A stretch of 64,000 nt of DNA, taken from positions 1-64,000 of the forward strand of contig CAVQKE010000006.1 in the NCBI GenBank assembly GCA_963713045.1. Reading direction: 5' to 3'. A program made the translations under genes and the position numbers. Shown here piece by piece: positions 47,934 through 57,197 of this stretch. The notes beneath the pieces were generated by a model. It saw only the letters and a list, made by a program, of their open reading frames with translations. It was not told the origin of the DNA and searched no databases. This DNA comes from an uncultured delta proteobacterium (GTDB taxonomy: Bacteria > Myxococcota > Myxococcia > Myxococcales > Myxococcaceae). Every line of letters begins with the position of its first letter. The first letter of the stretch is position 1.

Positions 47934-49108
47934 CAGGGATTAATCGTCGTCACGAATTCGTACTTGCCCTTCCCCACCCTCAGCACCGCCGCCGGCTTCA
48001 CCGCATTGCGCCGGGCGTCGATGGTGACGACGCCGGCCACGCCCGGGTAGTCCTTGGTTTTTGCGATGGCATCGCGGAGCGCCGGACCGGACAAGTCCGG
48101 TGCGCGCTTCATCGCATCGATGGCCACCCCGGCTGCGTCGTAGGCCAGCGTCGCCAGCGCATCCGGCACGGCGCCGTAGGCCGCCTTGTAGGCAGCGACG
48201 AATTTCTGCACCCGGGGGCTTGGGTCGTCGGAGCTGTAGTGGTTGCTGAAGTAGTGGCCCTCCACCGCGCTGCCCCCCAATTCGAAAAGCTTCTCACTGT
48301 CCCAGCCGTCCCCGCCCATGATGGGAACCGCCAGCCCGAGCTCCCGCGCCTGGCGGGCGATGACGCCCACCTCGCTGTAGTAGCCCGGCACGTAGAGGCC
48401 CTCCGGGTTGGCCCGCTTGATGGCAGTCAGTTGGCCTCGAAAGTCGCTGTCCCCCTGGTTGTAGGTCTCGACCGCCACGATTTTCCCACCCATCTCCGTG
48501 AATTTGCGGGTGAAGACGTCGGTCAGCCCGGTGGAATAGTCACTCTTCAGGTCGCGCAGCACGGCCACCTTGCTCAGCTTCAGGTTGTCGCGGGCGAATT
48601 TCGCCATCACGAAGCCTTGAAAGGGGTCAATGAAGCAGACGCGGAAAATGTAGTCGCCAATCTCCGTCACCTTGGGATTGGTCGAGGTGGGCGTAATCAT
48701 CGGGACGTGCGCCGGCTGGGCCACGTTGGCCATGGCGATGGAGTTGGTGCTCGCCACCTCTCCGAGGATGACGGCCACATGGTCCTGGTTGACCAGCCGG
48801 GTGGTGGCGTTGGCCGCTTCCTCCGGCTTGCCCTGGTCGTCATAGACGCGCGTCTCCAGCTTCTTGCCCTTTACCCCGCCGGCGGCGTTCGCCTCCTTGA
48901 CCGCCATCTCGATGCCGTTGCGGCTTGAAATGCCGAAGGTGGCCTGACCGCCGGTGAGAGAAAACACCTCGCCGATGAGGATGGTGTCGCCGCTCGGTGC
49001 GACGCCGGCCGAGGCCGCCGCGGGTGCCGACGCTGGCGTGGCGGACTTCCTCTCGCAGCCGAGGGCGAGCAGCGCGACGGCCGCGGTGACAGCCAGATGC
49101 GTTCGCAT
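47933..49108 (-). CDS. livK: Branched-chain amino acid ABC substrate-binding lipoprotein
   Basis: Lipobox LALGC; LTG..A.FG, STNPKVT, FRVCFID, DYS.GL, GGDGWD, AYDA. Confidence 0.9.
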   Translation of the reverse strand: MRTHLAVTAAVALLALGCERKSATPASAPAAASAGVAPSGDTILIGEVFSLTGGQATFGISSRNGIEMAVKEANAAGGVKGKKLETRVYDDQGKPEEAANATTRLVNQDHVAVILGEVASTNSIAMANVAQPAHVPMITPTSTNPKVTEIGDYIFRVCFIDPFQGFVMAKFARDNLKLSKVAVLRDLKSDYSTGLTDVFTRKFTEMGGKIVAVETYNQGDSDFRGQLTAIKRANPEGLYVPGYYSEVGVIARQARELGLAVPIMGGDGWDSEKLFELGGSAVEGHYFSNHYSSDDPSPRVQKFVAAYKAAYGAVPDALATLAYDAAGVAIDAMKRAPDLSGPALRDAIAKTKDYPGVAGVVTIDARRNAVKPAAVLRVGKGKYEFVTTINP

Positions 49109-49212
49109 GGGAAACCCTCTTGAGGGGCCACAACAGGCCCGGGGTCTTCTAGGGGGAGGGCGCGGCAGGGGTCAAGGCAAGTTGGGCGTGCCCGCCGTCG
49201 TCCCGCCCCGGG

Positions 49213-49815
49213 TCAGTGTCGGTCTGCGTCAAGGGCGCAGTCCAGTGCGTCTTCCAGCCGGTCGTCTCCCCAGAAGAGGTCTCCGGCGGCGAGGAAGCTA
49301 GGCGCGCCGAAGACGCCGGCGGCCTCGGCGGCGGCGCCTTGGGCGCGCAGGACTTCCTTCACCTTGGAGGTCTGCGCGGCGCCCAGCACCCGCGCCGGCT
49401 CTTGCCCCTCGGCTTTCACCAACGCGCCGACGACGTCCGGTGAGGCAATGTCCTCGTCCCGTTGAAATTCGGCGCGGTACACCCCTTCGCTGAAGGCCTC
49501 GCCCCAGCCTTCTTGCAGCGCCACCACGGCCACGCGGGAGGCCAAAAGGCTGCTGCGGGGAAAGGTCGAGGGGAAGCGGACTTCAAAGCCGTAGCGGTGC
49601 CCCCGGCGGGCGACGTCCCGCCGGGCATAGGCGCCGCGCAGCGGGAAGAGGTTGAGCGGGCTGTCCAGCATTCCCTGCCCGCGGAGAATGGGACCCAGCA
49701 AGAAGGGCCGCCACCGCAGGGCCACGCCCGAGGACTTCGCCAGCGCACGGATGCGGAGCGCCGAGAGGCAGGCGTAGGGGCTGGCAAATTCGTAGAAGAA
49801 GTCGACGCTGGCCAT
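49213..49815 (-). CDS. 2-hydroxychromene-2-carboxylate isomerase / GST-kappa (DsbA-like) protein
   Basis: DFFYEFASPY, WRPFLLG, GVFGAPSF, LFWGDDRL. Confidence 0.9.
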   Translation of the reverse strand: MASVDFFYEFASPYACLSALRIRALAKSSGVALRWRPFLLGPILRGQGMLDSPLNLFPLRGAYARRDVARRGHRYGFEVRFPSTFPRSSLLASRVAVVALQEGWGEAFSEGVYRAEFQRDEDIASPDVVGALVKAEGQEPARVLGAAQTSKVKEVLRAQGAAAEAAGVFGAPSFLAAGDLFWGDDRLEDALDCALDADRH

Positions 49816-49826
49816 TGGCTTCGTCG

Positions 49827-50123
49827 CTACTGGGGAGGGTTGGGACCTGCCCCGCCGCGCGCCGCCACCTGGGAAAGGTAGCAGTTACAATTCGCCGTAT
49901 AGCCCCCGTCGCAGGCCAGCGCGGCGAGGCAGGCGTTGATGGCGTCCACCTCACTCTGCGCGCCGATGACGCCTGCAAAGGCGCCCCCGTCGCCCATCGG
50001 GCCGCAGACGCCGACGCAGTTGTAATTCAAGTCTTGGCACCCCACCGCGGCGGCCAAGCCGAGCCCAGCCACCATCAACGCCGTCAGACGTCGTCTCACC
50101 TTTTGCCCCTCGTCCACTGACAA
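49827..50123 (-). CDS. Small Cys-rich lipoprotein, unknown function
   Basis: RRR-hydrophobic-AAVGC lipobox; six further Cys; start may be GTG near 50099. Confidence 0.6.
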   Translation of the reverse strand: MSVDEGQKVRRRLTALMVAGLGLAAAVGCQDLNYNCVGVCGPMGDGGAFAGVIGAQSEVDAINACLAALACDGGYTANCNCYLSQVAARGGAGPNPPQ

Positions 50124-50316
50124 CCACGTGGGACTTCGCGAAAATTCCCTTGGCCGTTTCCGTCAAGCCTCCCCTGGGGGGGAGGCGGCCCGCTCTCTAG
50201 CAGAGGAGAGCCGCGCGCGCCCGCATCGTCGGGCGGCGCTTTCCGCGGCGGGACCGGACCCGGGGGGGGGGGCGCTCGCCGTGGGCCAAGCCAGTGTGGG
50301 AGAAGCCCTTCCACCC

Positions 50317-51720
50317 ATGTCCGCCGCCGGCCCACCGCTGCCTGCCCTCCGCATGGAATTCCAGCAGCTGTTGCGCCTGGCGGTGCCGCTGGCGTTGACA
50401 CAGGCCGGGCAGTCGCTGATGGGCGCGGTGGACACCGCCGTCGTCGGGCGGACCGGCGCCGTGCAGTTGGCTGGGGTCGGCCTCGGCAACGGCCTCTTTT
50501 TTGCGATTGCGTTTTTCGGCATCGGGCTGTTGATGGGTGCCGACCCGCTCATCTCCCAAGCGGTGGGGGCCGGGGACGCCGTCCGCGCGCGGCGACTCTA
50601 CTGGCAGGCCGCCTACATGGCGGGCGCCGCCAGCTTGGTGCTGGCGCTGCCCATTTTCGCCACCACCCGCGTGCTGCGGCCGCTGGGCATCCCAGCCGAC
50701 GTGGCCGACAGTGCCACCAGCTTCCTGCTGTGGCGGCTTCCAGGCCTTCTGCCGATGCTTCTCTTCTTCGCCGCACGGGCCTACCTGCAGGCCAGCGGCC
50801 GCGCTCTCTGGCTTCTCTACGTGGTGGCCGGCGCCAACGTCGTCAACCTGTTGGGAGACCTGCTCTTCGTGCTGGGCGGCCACGGGCTGCCCGCTTGGGC
50901 TGGGCCGCTGCGCGGCGTGCCCCCCATGGGCGCGGCCGGCGCGGCACTGGTTACCAGCGTCTCGACGCTGCTTCAGTTTTTGGTGTTGGCGGTGGTGGTC
51001 GCCCGGGTGCAGCTGCCGGGCGGGCCGCACCGGGGCCTGCCCGCGCCATTGCCTCTGGACTTGCGGCGAATGTTACGGGTGGGGGTTCCCATCGGGCTGC
51101 ACTACAGCGCCGAGGTGGGCCTCTTTTCTCTGGCCAGCTTTCTCGCCGGGCTTTTCGGCGCGGCCAGCCTCGCGGCGCACCAAGTTGCCCTCAGCTACAG
51201 TTCTTTGACCTTCACCTTCGCGGCGGGCCTGGGCAATGCCGGCGGCGTCCGCGTTGGCTACGCGGTGGGGGCGGGGGACACCCCCAGGGCGCGGCGGAGT
51301 GGGCTGTTGGCCTTCGGCCTGGGCGCTGTCTTCATGGCCTGCGCCGCGGTGGTGTTTCTCCTCTTCCCGCGCGCCTTGGTGGCAGCGATGACCAACTCGG
51401 CTGAGGTGGCCCGGCTGGCCGTCCCGCTCCTCGGTATTACCGCCGTCTTTCAGGTGTCCGACGGCATCCAAGGGGTGGGCGCCGGGGTGCTGCGGGGAGC
51501 CGGGGACACCCACTTCACCTTCCTCGCCAACCTGGTGGGCCATTGGCTGATTGGCCTCCCGGTGGCGCTGCTGTTGGGTTTCGTCGCCGGCCAAGGCGTC
51601 TTCGGCGTCTGGTGGGGACTGGCCGCGGGCCTGACGGCAGTGGCGGTGGCTTTGGCCGGGCGGTTTCTGTGGCTGTCGGCGCGGGAGATTCGACCGCTGG
51701 CCCAGCGGGAGGCGGCTTAG
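50317..51720 (+). CDS. MATE-family efflux transporter (NorM-like)
   Basis: [43 protein letters not shown]...GVLRGAGDT. Confidence 0.93.
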   Translation: MSAAGPPLPALRMEFQQLLRLAVPLALTQAGQSLMGAVDTAVVGRTGAVQLAGVGLGNGLFFAIAFFGIGLLMGADPLISQAVGAGDAVRARRLYWQAAYMAGAASLVLALPIFATTRVLRPLGIPADVADSATSFLLWRLPGLLPMLLFFAARAYLQASGRALWLLYVVAGANVVNLLGDLLFVLGGHGLPAWAGPLRGVPPMGAAGAALVTSVSTLLQFLVLAVVVARVQLPGGPHRGLPAPLPLDLRRMLRVGVPIGLHYSAEVGLFSLASFLAGLFGAASLAAHQVALSYSSLTFTFAAGLGNAGGVRVGYAVGAGDTPRARRSGLLAFGLGAVFMACAAVVFLLFPRALVAAMTNSAEVARLAVPLLGITAVFQVSDGIQGVGAGVLRGAGDTHFTFLANLVGHWLIGLPVALLLGFVAGQGVFGVWWGLAAGLTAVAVALAGRFLWLSAREIRPLAQREAA

Positions 51721-53546
51721 CCGGCCGTCTTCTCTTGGTCGGCGTAGATGGCGTCGGCGATGCGGTAGGCACTGCCCTCCAGCCGCTGCACCGCCTCTTT
51801 CAGGGCAGCCGGGTCTGCGGTGCTGAGCACCTTCTTCAGCGACTCCATGTCGGCACGGATTTCGGCGATGTCGGTCTGGTTGAGCACGTTGGAGTATTCC
51901 TCCAGGCTCTTCTCGGTGGTGTAGAGCAGCCCGTCGGCGCTGTTGCGGAGCTCGGCAACCTCCTTCTTCCGTTTGTCGTCCGCCTGGTGCGCCTGGGCGT
52001 CGCCAATCATCGCCTGAATCTCCTTCTCGGAGAGTCCGGAGGTACTCACCACCCGCACTTGCTGCTGCTTCCCGGTGCCGAGGTCCCGGGCGCTGACGTG
52101 GACGATGCCGTTGGCGTCGATGTCGAAGGAAACCTCAATCTGCGGCACGCCGCGCGGCGCCGGTGGGATGCCGACCAACTCAAAGCGGGCCAGCGTCTTG
52201 TTGTCATCCGCCATCTCACGCTCGCCCTGCAGCACGTGCACGCTGACCAACGGCTGGTTGTCCACCGCCGTGGAGAAGACCTGCCCCTTCTTGCAAGGGA
52301 TGGTGGTGTTCTTGTCGATGATTTTGGTGAAGACGCCTCCGGCCGTTTCCACGCCCAAGGACAACGGGGTGACGTCGAGCAGCAGGACGTCCTTCACCTC
52401 GCCCTTCAACACGCCGCCTTGGATGGCCGCGCCCACCGCCACCACTTCGTCCGGGTTGATGCCCTTGTGCGGCTCCCTCCCAAAAAAGTCCTTCACCCGT
52501 TGCTGCACCTTGGGCATCCGCGTCATTCCCCCCACCAACAGCACCTGGTGGATGGCTTGCGGCTGCAGCCCGGCGTCCTTGAGGGCCAGGCGGCACGGTT
52601 CAATGGTGCGTTCGATGAGGTCCGCCACCATCGAGTCCAAGGTGGCCCGGTCGATGGTTTCAATCAGGTGCTTGGGGCCGCTTTGGTCGGCGGTGATGAA
52701 GGGCAGGTTGAGCTCGGTCTCGGTGGCGCTGGACAGCTCGTGCTTGGCCCGCTCGGCGGCCTCCTTCAGCCGCTGCAGCGCCATCCGGTCCTTGCGCAAG
52801 TCGATGCCGTTTTGCTCCTGAAAGCGCTTGGCGACGTAATCCACAATCCGTTGGTCGAAGTCTTCGCCGCCGAGGAAGGTGTCGCCGTTGGTGCTCTTCA
52901 CCTCGAAGACGCCGCCGTTGAGTTCGAGGATGGAAATGTCGAAGGTGCCGCCGCCCAAGTCATAGACGGCCACCCGCTCGCTCTTGTTGTCCTTGCCTCG
53001 GTCAAGCCCGTAGGCCAGCGCGGCGGCGGTCGGCTCGTTGATGATGCGCAGCACGTTGAGTCCGGCGATGCGCCCGGCGTCCTTGGTGGCTTGGCGCTGA
53101 CTGTCGTTGAAGTAGGCAGGGACGGTGATGACGGCTTCGGTCACCGGTTCGCCGAGGTAGTCCTCAGCCGTCTGCTTCATCTTCAGCAGCACCTGGGCCG
53201 AGACTTCCTGGGGGCTGAGCAGCTTGCCCCGGACGTCCAGCCAGGCGTCGCCGTTGGGTGAGGACACCACCTTGAAGGGCGACGCCGTCACCGCGCGCCT
53301 GGCCTCGGGCGTCTCCAGTTTGCGCCCAATCAGCCGCTTCACGGCAAACAGGGTGTTCTCGGCATTGGTGACGGCCTGACGCTTGGCGATTTGTCCCACC
53401 AGCCGCTCCCCGGAGTCGGTGAAGGCGACGATGGAAGGGGTGGTGCGACTTCCTTCGCTGTTGGGGATGACGACCGGCTCGCCGCCTTCCATGACGGCGA
53501 CGCAGGAGTTGGTGGTCCCGAGGTCGATGCCAATCACCTTGCTCAT
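51717..53546 (-). CDS. dnaK: Chaperone DnaK (Hsp70)
   Basis: [43 protein letters not shown]. Confidence 0.98.
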   Translation of the reverse strand: MSKVIGIDLGTTNSCVAVMEGGEPVVIPNSEGSRTTPSIVAFTDSGERLVGQIAKRQAVTNAENTLFAVKRLIGRKLETPEARRAVTASPFKVVSSPNGDAWLDVRGKLLSPQEVSAQVLLKMKQTAEDYLGEPVTEAVITVPAYFNDSQRQATKDAGRIAGLNVLRIINEPTAAALAYGLDRGKDNKSERVAVYDLGGGTFDISILELNGGVFEVKSTNGDTFLGGEDFDQRIVDYVAKRFQEQNGIDLRKDRMALQRLKEAAERAKHELSSATETELNLPFITADQSGPKHLIETIDRATLDSMVADLIERTIEPCRLALKDAGLQPQAIHQVLLVGGMTRMPKVQQRVKDFFGREPHKGINPDEVVAVGAAIQGGVLKGEVKDVLLLDVTPLSLGVETAGGVFTKIIDKNTTIPCKKGQVFSTAVDNQPLVSVHVLQGEREMADDNKTLARFELVGIPPAPRGVPQIEVSFDIDANGIVHVSARDLGTGKQQQVRVVSTSGLSEKEIQAMIGDAQAHQADDKRKKEVAELRNSADGLLYTTEKSLEEYSNVLNQTDIAEIRADMESLKKVLSTADPAALKEAVQRLEGSAYRIADAIYADQEKTAG

Positions 53547-54274
53547 GAACCCTCTTCGTCGCCTCCAGGCTGCAGGGGGCTTGGGCCGGAAGGCGCCTCG
53601 CCCGCGTCGGTGACAACCGGCGAGCGGGCCACCGACACCAGCGCCGGTCGCACCAGCCGGTCATTCAGCGTCCAGCCGCGCAGCACCTCGGCCACCACCG
53701 TGTTGGGCGCGGCCTCGGCCGACTCCACCGTCCCGATGGCTTCATGCAGGTTGGGGTCAAACGGCTGTCCGAGGGTCACCAGCGGCCGGGCGCCGTGGCG
53801 CAAAAGGGTGTCCTCAAACTGCTTGCGCGTCATTTGAAGCCCCTGCTCCAGGCTGCCCCAGTCCGCGGTGGCGCTGCCCTGGCCGAGGGCCCGCTCCAGG
53901 TTGTCCAGCACCGGTAGAAAGTCCTTCAACAGCCTTTCATTGGCGAAGCGCGTGCCTTCGGCCAACTCGCGCTGGGCGCGCTTGCGGGCGTTGTCCAAGT
54001 CCGCTGCGGCGCGCAGGGCCGTCTCCCGCTGGGATTTGAGTTGCGTCTGCAGCTCAGCCACCCGGGCCTCGGCAGCCTCCAACCGCGCGGCCAAGTCCGA
54101 CGAGGAGTCTGGCGGTGGCCCGCTGGGCGCCTCGCTGCCGGCGGCCTCGGGCGGCGGCCCGACGTGAACCGCCGGCGCTTCGCCCGAGCGCGTGCGCTGC
54201 TCCACGCTGTCCAGGGCAGCGGCGATGACGTCCTCGCCAATGTCGGCGGAGAACTTGCCCTTTCCAGTGGCCAC
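53543..54274 (-). CDS. grpE: Nucleotide exchange factor GrpE
   Basis: [39 protein letters not shown]. Confidence 0.95.
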   Translation of the reverse strand: MATGKGKFSADIGEDVIAAALDSVEQRTRSGEAPAVHVGPPPEAAGSEAPSGPPPDSSSDLAARLEAAEARVAELQTQLKSQRETALRAAADLDNARKRAQRELAEGTRFANERLLKDFLPVLDNLERALGQGSATADWGSLEQGLQMTRKQFEDTLLRHGARPLVTLGQPFDPNLHEAIGTVESAEAAPNTVVAEVLRGWTLNDRLVRPALVSVARSPVVTDAGEAPSGPSPLQPGGDEEGS

Positions 54275-54318
54275 GGTGAGTCAAGACTATGGCACAGCCG
54301 CCCGTCCGCCGGTGGGCG

Positions 54319-54645
54319 CTACCCGCGGCGCGTCCCGCCTCGCCTGGTTGCCCGCTTTGCCGGGGCTTTCTTGGCTTTCCTGGAAGGCTTCCGCTTCCGC
54401 GGCGGCTTCTGGGGCTTCCCGCCGAAGGCTTCCTGCAACCGACTGGCCGCCTCGGCAGCGGTCTTCTTGGCGGCTTGCCCCAGCTGCTGGAGGCGCTCCT
54501 TCAGCCTGGTCCGCATCTCCGGGTCGGTCACCTCGTCCAACAGCCGCTGCGACTCGGCCTTGAGGTCTTCCCCCGTCTTGCGCAGCTCCTCCCCGGCAGC
54601 CTTGAGGTAGTCCATCAACTTCTCGTCCCACGGTTGTTGCGCCAT
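54319..54645 (-). CDS. Small helical protein with Lys/Arg-rich histone H1-like tail
   Basis: Amphipathic helical N-terminus; tail KPPRKRKPSRKAKKAPAKRATRR; GAGGAAGGAG RBS. Confidence 0.75.
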   Translation of the reverse strand: MAQQPWDEKLMDYLKAAGEELRKTGEDLKAESQRLLDEVTDPEMRTRLKERLQQLGQAAKKTAAEAASRLQEAFGGKPQKPPRKRKPSRKAKKAPAKRATRRGGTRRG

Positions 54646-54687
54646 GCCCCGCTCCTTCCTCTTTTCCGTCTGTCGTCTTCCAATGCC

Positions 54688-55860
54688 TCAGCCGCGGCGC
54701 GCATAGGCGGCGATTGCCTCGGCCCACACCTGCTTCACCGGGACACCCGACGCGCGCGCCAGGGCCCGGACGTCGTCGTACTCCGGCGCGACATTCAACG
54801 TCTCCCCCCCCAGGCTGCCGACTTTGATGCGCACCGGCCCGTAAGGCGTCTCCACGCTGACATGGTGCCGCGCCAGCGTCGTGCGCTCCACTGGAAACGT
54901 CCGGAAACCCAAGGTGGTGGACTCGCGCAGCACCACCTCCACCACCGCTTGCCGCCGCTCGGCAGTCACCAGGGCGCCCAACAGGTGGCCCGGCCTCCCC
55001 TTCTTCATGGTGACCGGCACCACCCAGGCGTCCAGTGCGCCCGCGGCCAAAAGGGCCTCCACCACGCTGCCCAACAGCTGGGGCGTGCAGTCGTCGAGGT
55101 TGGTTTCCAGGACGTACGTCCCCGTGTCCACCTCGGCCGACGGGTGCCCGAGTGTTGCCCGGAGGACATTCGGCCGGTCCGCCAGCTCACGCGTCCCAAC
55201 GCCATAGCCCACCCGCTCCACCACCATTTCCGGCGGGGGCGTCCCTTGGGCCAGTACCCGCACCAGCGCCGCACCGGTGGGTGTGGTGAGCTCTCCCACA
55301 CCTTCGAAGCGGACGGCCAGGCCTTGGAGAAGCTCCAGCGTGGCCGGACTGGGGACAGGCATCGGCCCGTGCGCCGTCTGCACCATGCCACTGCCCAGGG
55401 GCACAGGGGCGCAGTGCACTTCGGGGTCCCCCAGCAATTCCATCGCCAGGGCCGCGCCACAGATGTCGAGGATGGAGTCCACGGCGCCCACTTCGTGAAA
55501 GGCAACCGTCTGCAGCGGGACGCCGTGGATGGAGGCCTCCACCCGGCCAATGGCCTCAAAGGTGGCGGCGGCCCGCTGCCGCGCACGCTGTGGCAGCTGG
55601 GAGTTGGACACCAGACGGAGAATTTCCGAAAGCGGCCGATGTCCAGACGCTTGCCCAGCCTGCACCAGCAGCTGCACCTGGACGCCGGTCAGGCCGTGGC
55701 GGGTGGCGGCCGTCGCCACCAGCTGCCAGTCGCCCAGTGGCAGCGTGCGCAGTCCCTCCTCCAGCGCGCGCTGCGGGACGCCGAGGTCCAACGCGGCGCC
55801 AAGAAACATGTCCCCGGCGATGCCGCCCACCGGCTCCAGGTAGAGAATGCGGCGACTCAC
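54688..55860 (-). CDS. larC: Nickel-pincer cofactor nickel insertase
   Basis: GIAGDMFLGA, FHEVGAVDSILD, HGPMPVPSPAT, ELTTPTGAA, ETNLDD, MKKGRPG, ESTTLG, PEYDD. Confidence 0.94.
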   Translation of the reverse strand: MSRRILYLEPVGGIAGDMFLGAALDLGVPQRALEEGLRTLPLGDWQLVATAATRHGLTGVQVQLLVQAGQASGHRPLSEILRLVSNSQLPQRARQRAAATFEAIGRVEASIHGVPLQTVAFHEVGAVDSILDICGAALAMELLGDPEVHCAPVPLGSGMVQTAHGPMPVPSPATLELLQGLAVRFEGVGELTTPTGAALVRVLAQGTPPPEMVVERVGYGVGTRELADRPNVLRATLGHPSAEVDTGTYVLETNLDDCTPQLLGSVVEALLAAGALDAWVVPVTMKKGRPGHLLGALVTAERRQAVVEVVLRESTTLGFRTFPVERTTLARHHVSVETPYGPVRIKVGSLGGETLNVAPEYDDVRALARASGVPVKQVWAEAIAAYARRG

Positions 55861-56609
55861 CGTCGGCGCCCTCGGGACACCAGCGCGGCGTAGAAGCCGC
55901 CTCCAAAGCCATTGTCCACATTCACCACCGCGACGTTGGGGGCACAGGAATTCACCATGGTGAGGAGAGCCGAGAGGCCGCCGAGGTTGGCTCCGTAGCC
56001 CACGCTGGTGGGCACTGCCACCACCGGGACGCCCACCAGCCCCCCCACCACCGAGGCCAGCGCCCCCTCCATACCGGCCACCACCACCGCGGCGTCGGAC
56101 TGCTGCACCTCAGCCCGGCGGCGCAACAGCCGGTGCAGCCCGGCCACGCCGACGTCGTACACCCGCGCCACCTGGGCGCCCAACGCTGCGGCGGTAACGG
56201 CCGCCTCCTCCGCCACTGGGATGTCCGACGTCCCAGCGCACACCACCGCCACCCGGCCCGCCCGTGGCCGCCGGCCCTGGGCCAGCTGGAGAATTCTCGC
56301 CTCCGGGTGCCAAAGCGCCGACGGCCAGCGCCGACGCAGGGCCTCGGCTTTGTCCTCGGCCAGCCGCGTCACCAGCACCGGCTGACCGCGGCCGGCCAGC
56401 ACCTCCACAATGCCCTCCAGCTGCACCAGGCTTTTGCGCTCGCCGTACACCACTTCGGGAAAGCCGGAGCGCAAGCTGCGGTGGGTGTCCACCGTGGCGT
56501 AGCCGAGGCGGGCGAAGGGAAGGTCGGTCAACGCCTGCGCCGCCTCGTCCACGCTGGCGCGGCCCGAGGCCACTCGGCGAAGCAACCTCCTCAGCGACGG
56601 GGCATCCAT
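55857..56609 (-). CDS. larB: Nickel-pincer cofactor carboxylase/hydrolase (PurE-like)
   Basis: DTHR..RSGFPEVVYGE.K, AGTSDIPVAEEA, DVGVAGLHRL, AGMEGAL, VPTSVGYG, VNVDNGFG. Confidence 0.94.
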   Translation of the reverse strand: MDAPSLRRLLRRVASGRASVDEAAQALTDLPFARLGYATVDTHRSLRSGFPEVVYGERKSLVQLEGIVEVLAGRGQPVLVTRLAEDKAEALRRRWPSALWHPEARILQLAQGRRPRAGRVAVVCAGTSDIPVAEEAAVTAAALGAQVARVYDVGVAGLHRLLRRRAEVQQSDAAVVVAGMEGALASVVGGLVGVPVVAVPTSVGYGANLGGLSALLTMVNSCAPNVAVVNVDNGFGGGFYAALVSRGRRR

Positions 56610-56624
56610 GGCGCGTCCTCTCCT

Positions 56625-57197
56625 TCAACCCACGCCCAGCGCATGCAACAGCGGCTTCAGCGTTTGTGCCTCGGGGACAAACAGCAGCTCGGCAGCAAAG
56701 GCGTCGGACTTCAGCCGCGCCGCCAGCACCCAGACCTCTGCCCCATGGGCCAACGTCTGCGCCAGTTCGGCCGCCGAGCAACGCCACACGCGCAGCGCCG
56801 CGGGCTGCAGGTGGAGCCCGGTCAGCTTCCTCATCGCCCCAAGCGCCGAGGCCAGCGCCTCGCGGGTCGCCTCGGCAAGGGCCTTGTCCCGACGCGGCGC
56901 CCCCCTTTCCAGCCGGTCCACCAGGGAGGCCGCGTCGGCTGGGAAGAAGACAAGCCACAGCTGGCCTTGCGCCCCGCCCCACACCGGGTGGCCGGCCGCC
57001 ACCCGGGCCGCCCCCTCCCCGCCAAGCCACGCCGCCAACCCGGCTTCTGACAGGCAGCGGGCCTCCGGCGGCTGGAAGTCCAGCCGCTCGCCGAACAGCC
57101 TCTGGCTGAGGGCAGCCGCGGCGTGGCCGGCGCCGACGTTGGTCAGCTCGCGCAGCGCGTCCTGCTGCGCCTCATTCAGCGCGGCTTCCACCCTCAC
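56625..57197 (-). CDS. cheC: CheC-like phosphatase (DifG-like)
   Basis: DALRELTNVGAGHAAAALS; last gene of the chemosensory cluster. Confidence 0.8.
   Translation of the reverse strand: MRVEAALNEAQQDALRELTNVGAGHAAAALSQRLFGERLDFQPPEARCLSEAGLAAWLGGEGAARVAAGHPVWGGAQGQLWLVFFPADAASLVDRLERGAPRRDKALAEATREALASALGAMRKLTGLHLQPAALRVWRCSAAELAQTLAHGAEVWVLAARLKSDAFAAELLFVPEAQTLKPLLHALGVG

Noticed and set aside
49145..49176. Sigma70 promoter for the liv operon (TTGACC-18-TAGAAG, minus strand)
   Set aside because: Poor -10 element and long spacer; not supportable without transcript data
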